From: an uncultured Candidatus Saccharibacteria bacterium
Lineage (GTDB): Bacteria > Patescibacteriota > Minisyncoccia > Phycocordibacterales > Phycocordibacteraceae
Assembly: GCA_964391975.1 (NCBI GenBank)
Contig: CAYMNZ010000003.1
Span: 1-49,448, forward strand
Reading direction: 5' to 3'
DNA length: 49,448 nucleotides
This document shows, in pieces, positions 1 through 8,063 of this stretch. The notes under the pieces are model-generated. The model saw nothing but the letters and a program-made list of their open reading frames with translations, searched no databases and had not been told where the DNA came from. A program made the position numbers and the translations under genes. Position 1 is the stretch's first letter; the number at the start of each line of letters is the position of its first letter.

Positions 1-247
1 TAACAAGGCACGGGTAGCGGAAGCTGCTCGTGGAACATATCCAATCGGAACCGATGTTGCCCGAAAGGCACATCATCGTCGATCATCGAAAGATGGAGAG
101 TTAGTGGACGTCTCTAAACGCCACTCGGATGCCAGATAACGTACCCTGGTGTACATATTGAAGCGCTCAATTGACGCTTCAAAGGTACGAATAGGCGGAA
201 CACAAGAGCATACTTGTTCCTCCACACCTTTTGCTACATGATACAAA

Positions 248-272
248 CCCCCGGAAGGGGGCTTTATTGTGT
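248..272 (+). terminator. Putative intrinsic terminator (CCCCC-GGAA-GGGGG stem-loop followed by CTTTATTGTGT)
   Basis: Perfect 5-bp GC stem at 248-252/257-261, 4-nt loop, T-rich tail. It is palindromic and could act on either strand. Confidence 0.45.
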
Positions 273-500
273 GGGAACTGCAGCGAGTGCAAGACGCTGC
301 ACACATCTCTTCCAGATGCGTACTTTGTTCCTATGACGTCGATACTTTTCTTCGACAGTAGACTGCCTCACTTGGCGGAGGCGTTTCGGTTCCCGTGCTC
401 GTGCGCGGCGAATCATCTCTATACTCAGTATATACAGGGTAGAGGATGGAGCAAACATGAACTGGAACCCCCTGGGGATTTCTGGTAGTATCCCTGAACT

Positions 501-576
501 GCGCGCGTAGCTCAGTTGGTAGAGCACTCGACTGATACTCGAGCGGTCGTAAGTTCGAATCTTACCGCGCGCACCA
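501..576 (+). tRNA. tRNA-Ile (anticodon GAT)
   Basis: Cloverleaf folded by eye. Acceptor GCGCGCG/CGCGCGC; D-arm GCTC-AGTTGGTA-GAGC; anticodon stem CTCGA/TCGAG with loop CTGATAC (GAT at 534-536); T-arm GTAAG-TTCGAAT-CTTAC; discriminator A and encoded CCA. Confidence 0.9.
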
Positions 577-587
577 CTTATATACAG

Positions 588-607
588 GAGGGCCCAGAGG
601 GGCCCTC
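588..607 (+). terminator. Stem-loop just downstream of the tRNA (GAGGGCCC-AGAG-GGGCCCTC); possible terminator or processing hairpin
   Basis: Perfect 8-bp GC-rich stem with a 4-nt loop. There is no clear U-tract (followed by TTGGG). Confidence 0.35.
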
Positions 608-627
608 TTGGGCGTTATACTAAAGGA

Positions 628-1125
628 ATGAATAGAGACACCGGCATCATCCTGGCTATCTGCGTCCTTGCCATCTTGGTGGGCGGGATTCTCTACCTGG
701 GCGCTACCCCTGACTCAACTGACTCGACCTCTACTGAGGAGGTGGCATTCTCCGTTCTTTCGGCCGGGGGGACAGCGCTAGAGATGCGCGAGCAGAAGAA
801 TTACCGCGTTCTCAACGAGGAGCATTTTAGAGAGGTGTGGGATCTTGCGTACGGAGAGGGAGTGCCAATGCCAAGTGTTGATTTCACTGTCTACGAAGTA
901 CTTGCGATTTTTGATGGCGAGCGGATGACCGGCGGGTACGAAGTCGGCGTTCGGCGCATCGTGGACGTAGGAACGGTTCGCGAAGTGAGCATTGTGCACA
1001 CCGCACCAGGAGCTTCCTGCATCACCACACAGGCGTTCACCAGTCCGTTCCAGATGGTGAAGGTCCCCAAGACTGACAACAGCATCGACCGTAAGGACGT
1101 GAACGCTACAGTCGCCTGCGAGTAA
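628..1125 (+). CDS. Membrane-anchored PrcB-like (protease-complex subunit PrcB C-terminal domain) protein
   Basis: N-terminal TM/signal anchor GIILAICVLAILVGGILYLG. The segment VDFTVYEVLAIFDGERMTGGYEVGVRRI fits the PrcB_C pattern (DF..vva.f.G..ptgGy.v.i). Confidence 0.6.
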   Translation: MNRDTGIILAICVLAILVGGILYLGATPDSTDSTSTEEVAFSVLSAGGTALEMREQKNYRVLNEEHFREVWDLAYGEGVPMPSVDFTVYEVLAIFDGERMTGGYEVGVRRIVDVGTVREVSIVHTAPGASCITTQAFTSPFQMVKVPKTDNSIDRKDVNATVACE

Positions 1126-1138
1126 ATCTCTTGGTAGG

Positions 1139-2470
1139 ATGCGTCCTATGGATGCCTCCTCCTATTTCAAGGGTAAGAAGATAACCGTGATGGGTCTTGG
1201 GCTGCTCGGTCGTGGCGTGGGTGATATTCGCTTTCTCGCAGAACAAGGGACTAGCCTTATCGTCACCGACCTGAAGACCAAGGAGCAGCTTGCTGAATCA
1301 CTGGCATCACTCGCACCGTTTCCGGATATCCAGTACACACTCGGGGAACATAAGATTGAAGATTTCCATAACCGCGATTTGATACTGAAGGCGCCGCAGA
1401 CTCCTGTCGGTTCAGTCTATATAGAGGAAGCGAAGAAGTGGGGAACACCCGTCACGATGTCGACAGCGCTTTTTGCACGGTTTGCACGTGAGATGGGTGT
1501 AACCGTCGTCGGTATTACTGGCACGCGCGGAAAGACGACCACCACCGAACTCATCGCACACATTCTAAAAACTGCAGGGAAGAAGATACTGCTTGGCGGA
1601 AATATCCGCGGGGTCTCAACGCTCGCACTTCTTCCTGAATTGACCCCCGATACTATTGCTGTTCTTGAACTTGATTCGTGGCAGCTCCAAGGATTTAGGG
1701 AAGAAGAACTTTCTCCTGACGTTGCGGTATTCACTACGTTCTATCCCGACCACATGGATTATTACGCAGGGAACATGGAGGCATATTTGGAAGACAAGGC
1801 AGAAATCTTTGCGCACCAGCGAGTGGGCGACACGCTCGTGCTCGGGGCACAGGCGGCCCGTGAAGTGCTCGCTGAGTATCCGGCGCCTCCGGTGAAGCCT
1901 ATTCTCACGAGTGTGAGTGATGTACAGAACTGGACGCTCCAAATCCCAGGCGGTCACAATCTCGAGAACGCAGCCTGCGCGAAGGCGGCCGCGCTCGCGC
2001 TTGGAATCCCTGAGGAAGCTATACGTGAGGCCGTAGAATCCTTCCCCGGCGTTGCCGGAAGGCTTGAACTTGTGCGCGAAGTAAACAACGTCGCTATCTA
2101 CAACGACACCACTGCGACGACGCCTGAAGCCACACTCGCCGCACTACGTGCAGTTTCCTCAAAAGGGAAGCGCCCGATTCTTATTATGGGCGGCTACGAC
2201 AAAGGGCTTGATATGCACGAGCTTCTTACCGAAGTACCGCGCCTTGCTAAGCGAGTCATTTTGCTTTCGGGCACCGGAACCGAGCGCATTCTTCCGTTCC
2301 TTGAGGACGCATCGGTATATGACGAGCTCAAGCCTGCGGTCGAGGAAGCTGTACGTTACGCGCTTCCAGGAGATGCCATTCTCTTCTCTCCAGCCTTTGC
2401 CTCTTTCGGTATGTTTGTGAACGAGTACGAGCGGGGCGATAAGTTCAATGCAATCGTACAGGCACTATGA
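1139..2470 (+). CDS. murD: UDP-N-acetylmuramoyl-L-alanine--D-glutamate ligase
   Basis: N-terminal Rossmann VMGLGLLGRGVG and Mur-ligase P-loop GITGTRGKTTT. Length 443 aa. Followed by murI and murC, with a 4-nt ATGA overlap onto murI. Confidence 0.88.
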   Translation: MRPMDASSYFKGKKITVMGLGLLGRGVGDIRFLAEQGTSLIVTDLKTKEQLAESLASLAPFPDIQYTLGEHKIEDFHNRDLILKAPQTPVGSVYIEEAKKWGTPVTMSTALFARFAREMGVTVVGITGTRGKTTTTELIAHILKTAGKKILLGGNIRGVSTLALLPELTPDTIAVLELDSWQLQGFREEELSPDVAVFTTFYPDHMDYYAGNMEAYLEDKAEIFAHQRVGDTLVLGAQAAREVLAEYPAPPVKPILTSVSDVQNWTLQIPGGHNLENAACAKAAALALGIPEEAIREAVESFPGVAGRLELVREVNNVAIYNDTTATTPEATLAALRAVSSKGKRPILIMGGYDKGLDMHELLTEVPRLAKRVILLSGTGTERILPFLEDASVYDELKPAVEEAVRYALPGDAILFSPAFASFGMFVNEYERGDKFNAIVQAL

Positions 2471-3294
2471 CGAAGGCGCACAAAGGACGCATCGGTGTGT
2501 TTGATTCTGGGTTCGGAGGCCTTTCTATACTCAAGGAGATTGTGAAGGAGCTGCCCGACTATGACTACGTCTACCTTGGCGATACGGCACGCGCACCGTA
2601 TGGCACGCGCTCACCAGAGGTCGTGCATAAGTTCACTGTGCAGGCGATTGATTTTCTTTTTGCGCACGGTTGCGAGCTTGTCGTCATTGCATGCAACACG
2701 GCCTCTGCAGAAGCGGTGAGCAAAATCCAGCAAGACTACCTCACGCACTGGTACAAGAATCGCCGGGTGCTTGGGGTTGTCGTGCCTGCAGTCGAGGAGG
2801 CAATTGCGCAAACGAAGACGAAGCGCGTTGGTGTGCTTGCGACTTCCGGTACGGTGCGTTCAGGGAAATTTACCAAAGAGCTCAAGAAGCTCGACAAACG
2901 CGTTCGTGTATTTGAACAATCCGCCCCACTTCTTGTGCCGTTGATTGAGGAAGGCGCACACCGCTCGAAAGCTGCAGGCTTGCTGCTCAAGGAGTATCTT
3001 GCTCCGCTTAAGAAGGCGCATATTGATACGCTCATTCTCGGCTGCACGCACTACGGTCACATGGAAGCGGCAATACGCCGAGGAATGGGAAAGAGCGTGA
3101 ATGTTATTTCAGAAGGGAAGGTGGTCGCTAAAAAGCTTGCTGAGTACCTGTCTCGTCATCCGGAAATCGACAAGCGACTCGCGCGGACCAAGAAAATGGC
3201 CTTCTACACCACCGACCTCACCGACCGCTTCCGGACCATGGGAAGTATGTTCTTCGGAAAGCCTGTGAAGCCCGTAAAGGCGGCACTCGAGTAA
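2467..3294 (+). CDS. murI: Glutamate racemase
   Basis: Motifs VFDSGFGGLS, IACNTAS and LGCTHY (the two catalytic Cys regions). Length 275 aa. Confidence 0.9.
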   Translation: MTKAHKGRIGVFDSGFGGLSILKEIVKELPDYDYVYLGDTARAPYGTRSPEVVHKFTVQAIDFLFAHGCELVVIACNTASAEAVSKIQQDYLTHWYKNRRVLGVVVPAVEEAIAQTKTKRVGVLATSGTVRSGKFTKELKKLDKRVRVFEQSAPLLVPLIEEGAHRSKAAGLLLKEYLAPLKKAHIDTLILGCTHYGHMEAAIRRGMGKSVNVISEGKVVAKKLAEYLSRHPEIDKRLARTKKMAFYTTDLTDRFRTMGSMFFGKPVKPVKAALE

Positions 3295-3303
3295 TATAGA
3301 GGT

Positions 3304-4563
3304 ATGAAAAAGATCTACATGGTGGGTATTGGGGGCATAGGAATGAGCGCGCTTGCGCAGCTTCTTGCTGACCAAGGAGACCATGTCGCAGGCTCTGACA
3401 GGGAAGCGAGCCCTACGACTGAACTCCTGGCAGCTAAGGGCATCCAGGTCACCATCGGGCAGAAGCCAGAGAACGTGCCAGCGAACACAGAACTCCTTAT
3501 ATATACGGAGGCTGCCTGGGACGACAACCCGGAGCGCATTCGGGCCAAGGAGCTTGGCATCCTTGAGCGCTCATATTTTGAAGCACTTGGAGATGTATCA
3601 GAAGGGAAGCGTACGATTGCGGTTGCGGGGACTCATGGGAAGACCACCACCACAAGCATGCTCGCTCGTATACTTCGCGATGCGGGTGTCGCACCATCTG
3701 CGGTGGTTGGTTCTATTGTGAAGGACTTTGGCTCCAACTATCTGTCAGGAACCTCCGACTGGCTTGTCGTTGAGGCGTGCGAGTACAAGCGCGATTTCCT
3801 CACGCTTTCGCCTGAGATACTGGTGGTCACCAATATTGAGTACGATCACACTGACTACTACAAGGACTTGGCGGATGTGCAGAGCGCGTTTCGTACGCTC
3901 ATGGAGAAGGCGAAGGTGGTTGTTACTGATTCGACGCACCCGAACATAGCCTCCCTGCTTGCGGGACTCCCGGCTACCATCGTCGACTATGCGAAAGAGC
4001 CGTACTACGAGACGAAACTTCCAGGAGAATTTAATCTCATGAACGCTCGCGCTGCCGCGGCTGCAGCAAAGGTAGCGATGCCCGAGCTACAGGAAGCAGT
4101 TGTCCATGAGAGCATTGCTGCCTTCGAGGGCACGTGGCGTCGTTTTGAGTTCAAGGGAATAACAAAGAATGGTGCTGAAGTCTATGACGATTACGCGCAC
4201 CACCCAACGGCTGTTCGCAAGACACTCGCTGAACTCAGGAAGCGTGCGAAGGGCCGCATCTACGTTGCGTTCCATCCGCACCTCTATAGCCGCACCAAAG
4301 ACCTCCTGATTGATTTCTCGACCGCGTTCAGTGACGCTGACCGGGTCATCATCGCGCCAATTTACGCAGCGCGTGAAGTGGGCGACGGCAGCATCACGAG
4401 TGCGCTACTTGCTGAAAGAATAGAGAAGAATGGTACGGACGCCAAGGCGGGGGACTTCGTGGAGATACGCCGCTACCTGGAGACGGAACCTACAAAGGGG
4501 GATATCATCATGACTATGGGAGCCGGAGACATCTATAAGGTAGCGGACCAGTTGGTCGCCTAA
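3304..4563 (+). CDS. murC: UDP-N-acetylmuramate--L-alanine ligase
   Basis: N-terminus VGIGGIGMSALA, P-loop AGTHGKTTTTSM, and EACEYKRDF / NIEYDHTDYY motifs. Confidence 0.9.
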   Translation: MKKIYMVGIGGIGMSALAQLLADQGDHVAGSDREASPTTELLAAKGIQVTIGQKPENVPANTELLIYTEAAWDDNPERIRAKELGILERSYFEALGDVSEGKRTIAVAGTHGKTTTTSMLARILRDAGVAPSAVVGSIVKDFGSNYLSGTSDWLVVEACEYKRDFLTLSPEILVVTNIEYDHTDYYKDLADVQSAFRTLMEKAKVVVTDSTHPNIASLLAGLPATIVDYAKEPYYETKLPGEFNLMNARAAAAAAKVAMPELQEAVVHESIAAFEGTWRRFEFKGITKNGAEVYDDYAHHPTAVRKTLAELRKRAKGRIYVAFHPHLYSRTKDLLIDFSTAFSDADRVIIAPIYAAREVGDGSITSALLAERIEKNGTDAKAGDFVEIRRYLETEPTKGDIIMTMGAGDIYKVADQLVA

Positions 4564-4564
4564 C

Positions 4565-5242
4565 ATGGGAACACTTTCCGTCGTCGCTACCCCGATTGGG
4601 AACCTGGGGGATATCACGTTCCGAGCTATTGAGACACTCAAGCAAGCAGATGTCATCGCCTGCGAAGACACGCGCGTGTCAGCAAAACTCCTTGCCCGCT
4701 ACGACATCAAGAAACCACTTCTTATTTTTCATGCACAGAGCGGACGCCCAGCAAGTGAGCGCATACTCGCGCAACTTGCAGAAGGAAAGCGTGTTGCGCT
4801 GGTAACGGACGCAGGTACTCCAGGGATTTCAGACCCCGGGAATGAATTAGTAGCTGAGGTGCGCCGCCGTCTGCCTGACGTTCGGATTGAGACTGTGCCA
4901 GGAGCTGCTGCAGTGACTGCTGCGCTCTCGATTGCGGGCGTGAAGAGCCATGAATTCGTTTTCCTCGGATTTCTCCCACACAAGAAAGGTCGTCGCACTC
5001 TTTTCCAAGAGATTGCGGATACTGAGCGTGCGGTGGTCTTTTATGAATCTCCGCACCGCATCGAAAAAGCGCTTACCTCGCTTGCTGAAGTACTTCCAGA
5101 AGACCGCACCGTGACGGTAGCCCGTGAGCTCACGAAGATATATGAATCGTTGATTCAAGGCACTGCTCGCGAAGTTTCAGAGCATTTCAAGGCGCATCCA
5201 GGGGAACAGCGAGGCGAGTTTGTGGTCATTGTGTCGCCCTGA
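4565..5242 (+). CDS. rsmI: 16S rRNA (cytidine1402-2'-O)-methyltransferase
   Basis: N-terminus LSVVATPIGNLGDITFRAIETLKQADVIACEDTR plus DAGTPGISDPG, typical of RsmI. Length 225 aa. Confidence 0.9.
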   Translation: MGTLSVVATPIGNLGDITFRAIETLKQADVIACEDTRVSAKLLARYDIKKPLLIFHAQSGRPASERILAQLAEGKRVALVTDAGTPGISDPGNELVAEVRRRLPDVRIETVPGAAAVTAALSIAGVKSHEFVFLGFLPHKKGRRTLFQEIADTERAVVFYESPHRIEKALTSLAEVLPEDRTVTVARELTKIYESLIQGTAREVSEHFKAHPGEQRGEFVVIVSP

Positions 5243-5254
5243 TAGACTGAACGG

Positions 5255-5476
5255 ATGTCCCGCGCAGGCACCCTCATCCTTCTCGGCATCCTCATCGCCC
5301 TTACGCCGTTTATCGGCCTTCCGCTTTCTATACTCGCGTGGGTACTTCCTATACTGGGACTCTTAGTTCTTCTCACTGGCGTAGCACTTCGCCGCCGTGT
5401 GCAGGCTGAGGAGCGCCCTGCAGAGCCACCAGCTGCTGCCCCTTCCTTCGATATCCATGAGCCGCCGCAGGCTTAG
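5255..5476 (+). CDS. Small hypothetical membrane protein (two hydrophobic helices, Pro/Ala-rich tail)
   Basis: 73-aa ORF. TLILLGILIALTPFIGLPLSILAWVLPILGLLVLLTGVAL is strongly hydrophobic. No family recognised. Its 3' end overlaps the next gene by 20 nt. Confidence 0.4.
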   Translation: MSRAGTLILLGILIALTPFIGLPLSILAWVLPILGLLVLLTGVALRRRVQAEERPAEPPAAAPSFDIHEPPQA

Positions 5477-6524
5477 TAAGGGCACGCTCGCGGTTCTCGC
5501 GCTCGCCATCATCCTTCCCGGAACCGCACTCGCGCTTCCGTATGCTGCAAGCACTGTGTACGAGCGTGGCAGTGACTACACCGAGGTTGCAAAGAAAGAC
5601 ACCAAGAAGGAGCCTGCGAAACTCGACACGGTTGCTTATGACAAGAAGATGCGTTTCCTTGCGCACGACGTTTCAACTACAACCTCAACTTCGACGCCTC
5701 CGTCGCTCTGGCCAGTCAAAGCTGCATACCCACTCCCGGGCGCTATCTTCCCGTTCAAGCGTGTCGTTGCGTACTACGGCAACTTCTACTCAACTAAGAT
5801 GGGTATTCTTGGTGAGTTCGACAAGGACACAGTGCTTACGCGTCTTAAACAGGAAAAGGCGGCATGGGAAGCAGCGGACCCAACAACACCGGTAGTCATG
5901 GGCATTGATTACATTGCGGTGACCGCGCAGGGAAGTGCGCAGGCAGATGGCACCTACAAGCTTCGTATGCCTGACGAGCACATTCAACGCGCTATCGACA
6001 TGGCCAATGAAGTGGACGGCATTGTCATTCTTGAGATTCAAATAGGTCTCTCGACCTTTGAGAAGGAAATACCGCTTCTTGAGAAGTACCTCTCGCTTCC
6101 AAATGTGCATTTGGCAATTGACCCGGAGTTCTCAATGAAAAGTGGGGATGTGCCTGGGGATGTCATCGGTACCGTCTCCTCTGCCGATATCAACTACGCA
6201 GCGACCTATCTAGCGGGGTTGGTACAAACGCACAACCTCCCACCGAAGATTCTGGTCATCCATCGCTTCACTCAGAACATGGTGACGGGGTATAGAAACA
6301 TCACACCGCTTCCTGAAGTGCAGATGGTCATGGTGATGGACGGCTGGGGCTTCGGGGCAAAGAAAATCAACACGTATAACACCGTCATCAACCCTGAGCC
6401 AGTGCAGTTCACAGGCTTCAAGATTTTCTACAAGAACGACATGAAGCCACCGTCGACCAGGCTCCTCACCCCAAGGGAAGTACTCGACCTCACGCCATCA
6501 CCGTCCTTCATTCAGTACCAGTAG
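5457..6524 (+). CDS. Secreted hypothetical protein (function unknown)
   Basis: I chose ATG 5457 rather than the track's GTG 5397 because it gives a classic signal peptide (MSRRRLSKGTLAVLALAIILPGTALALP). The body is well-formed (…HLAIDPEFSM…LVIHRFTQNMV…) but I recognise no family. Confidence 0.6.
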   Translation: MSRRRLSKGTLAVLALAIILPGTALALPYAASTVYERGSDYTEVAKKDTKKEPAKLDTVAYDKKMRFLAHDVSTTTSTSTPPSLWPVKAAYPLPGAIFPFKRVVAYYGNFYSTKMGILGEFDKDTVLTRLKQEKAAWEAADPTTPVVMGIDYIAVTAQGSAQADGTYKLRMPDEHIQRAIDMANEVDGIVILEIQIGLSTFEKEIPLLEKYLSLPNVHLAIDPEFSMKSGDVPGDVIGTVSSADINYAATYLAGLVQTHNLPPKILVIHRFTQNMVTGYRNITPLPEVQMVMVMDGWGFGAKKINTYNTVINPEPVQFTGFKIFYKNDMKPPSTRLLTPREVLDLTPSPSFIQYQ

Positions 6525-6548
6525 CCCCAGTGCGTATATAATAGGCAG

Positions 6549-8063
6549 ATGGACAATCCCGATCGGGTAACGTACTTCGCCGCAACCGATACACGCGGCA
6601 AGCGCATCCCATTCGGTATCAAACAGAAGGACCGCGCCCGTCACATGTACGTGATTGGGAAGTCGGGAACAGGGAAGTCGACCATGCTCGAGAACATGGC
6701 GATTCAGGATATCCGCAACGGAGAAGGGTTCGCCTATCTCGACCCGCACGGAGGCTCGGCGGAAAAGCTTCTCGACTACATACCGCAGAACAGGGTTCGT
6801 GACGTGGTCTATTTCGCCCCCTACGAGACAGAACACCCGCTCTCGCTCAACGTTATTGAGGACGTGCCATATGAGAAGCGACACCTCGTGCTCTCAAGTC
6901 TCATGTCCATCTTCCGCAGCATCTGGGCGGATGCGTGGAGTCCTCGGTTTGAGTATGTACTCACCAATACATTGCTTGCGCTCCTTGAGCACCCAGAAGC
7001 GACGCTGCTTTCGGTCACGCGCCTCTACAGTGACGATGCGTACCGCAAGGAGATTGCCGAGAACTTGCGTGACCCATCCGCTAAGAAGTTCTGGGTGGAA
7101 GAGTTCCCGACCGCAACCGATGCGCCGTTCAAGGAAGCGGTCTCTGCGCTCGTGGGGAAGATAGACCAGATTGCGCTTGATCCTCTTATGCGCGACATCA
7201 TCGGGCAGCCACGCTCTTCGTTCAACATGCGCACGCTCATGGACGAGCGGAAGATTCTCCTTATTAGTCTTCCGAAGGGTCTCGTTGGTGAGACCAACAT
7301 GCAGCTCATCGGCAGTATTCTTGCGACCCGTATTTTCTTAGCTGCGATGAGTCGTGCAGATGTGCCTGCAAACCGGATGTCGCAGGTGCCGCACTTCTAT
7401 TTCTATGTTGATGAGTTTCAGAACTTTGCTAACTCTACGTTCTCAGAAATTCTTTCTGAATCTCGCAAATACAAACTCGACCTCCTTATCTCGCACCAGT
7501 ACATCGGGCAGATGGATGCAGGGGTGCGTGCGGCAGTTTTCGGCAACGTGGGTACACTCGTTACGTTCCGTGTCGGTCCTTTTGATGCGGAGGTGCTTGA
7601 GCGGGTCTTTGCCCCTGAGTTCAGCAAAGAGAACCTGATGAACCTGGGACGTGCGCAAATCTACCTCTCACTCATGATTGATAACGTGGGCTCGCGTCCT
7701 TTCTCGGCGCTTACCATAGCCGCCATAGAGGCGCCGCCTCGTTCCTGGAAGCAGGAAGTACGACGTGCCTCTGAAGAGCAGTTCTGCTCCAAGCATGAAC
7801 ACAAGCGGGTGCTTGCCCCGCTTCCTCCACACGTGGCTGCTGCAGGAGACCTTAAGTCGCTTGTCGGCGCCATGACTGAGATAGTGAGGCAGGATAAGGC
7901 TAAGGAGGTCTCTGAAAAGAAAGCAGAGCTCAAGGAGACGCTGGAGAAGGTGCTCGGTGAGGAACTACCCGACCCAGCTCATACGCTTCCGGAGCACACT
8001 GCCGCAAAGCCGTTTGAAGTTCCTGAGGAAGAACTACGCTCCGTCTTCAAGGAGGATGTATAA
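6549..8063 (+). CDS. Soluble TraD/TraG/VirD4-like (type IV coupling-protein-like) P-loop NTPase
   Basis: Walker A VIGKSGTGKST and Walker B-like HFYFYVDEFQNF. LLISHQYIGQ and the overall layout resemble T4SS coupling / HerA-FtsK-type ATPases. No N-terminal TM segment; acidic/Lys-rich C-tail. Confidence 0.7.
   Translation: MDNPDRVTYFAATDTRGKRIPFGIKQKDRARHMYVIGKSGTGKSTMLENMAIQDIRNGEGFAYLDPHGGSAEKLLDYIPQNRVRDVVYFAPYETEHPLSLNVIEDVPYEKRHLVLSSLMSIFRSIWADAWSPRFEYVLTNTLLALLEHPEATLLSVTRLYSDDAYRKEIAENLRDPSAKKFWVEEFPTATDAPFKEAVSALVGKIDQIALDPLMRDIIGQPRSSFNMRTLMDERKILLISLPKGLVGETNMQLIGSILATRIFLAAMSRADVPANRMSQVPHFYFYVDEFQNFANSTFSEILSESRKYKLDLLISHQYIGQMDAGVRAAVFGNVGTLVTFRVGPFDAEVLERVFAPEFSKENLMNLGRAQIYLSLMIDNVGSRPFSALTIAAIEAPPRSWKQEVRRASEEQFCSKHEHKRVLAPLPPHVAAAGDLKSLVGAMTEIVRQDKAKEVSEKKAELKETLEKVLGEELPDPAHTLPEHTAAKPFEVPEEELRSVFKEDV

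Noticed and set aside
1-300. Possible 3' end of an rRNA, tmRNA, RNase P or SRP RNA before the tRNA.
   Set aside because: I could not find the conserved strings I know for these RNAs. Examples checked: 23S …GCTGAAAGCATCTAAG…, RNase P GAGGAAAGTCC, SRP GGTCCGGAAGGAAGCAGC, and the tmRNA 3' TCCACCA context. The region is left as unassigned.
2468-2470. Alternative genetic code (UGA recoded), as in some CPR lineages.
   Set aside because: TGA terminates conserved genes at the expected length (murD at 2468-2470, plus several ATGA-coupled genes). Conserved proteins such as SecA, GlmM and GatB read through without internal TGA. The standard code fits.
6549-8063. Conjugative element or type IV secretion system, inferred from the TraD/VirD4-like ATPase.
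   Set aside because: It is a single gene with no VirB4/VirB11, relaxase, pilin or oriT-like features in the window. It is embedded in a housekeeping operon. I kept it only as an unusual stand-alone ATPase.
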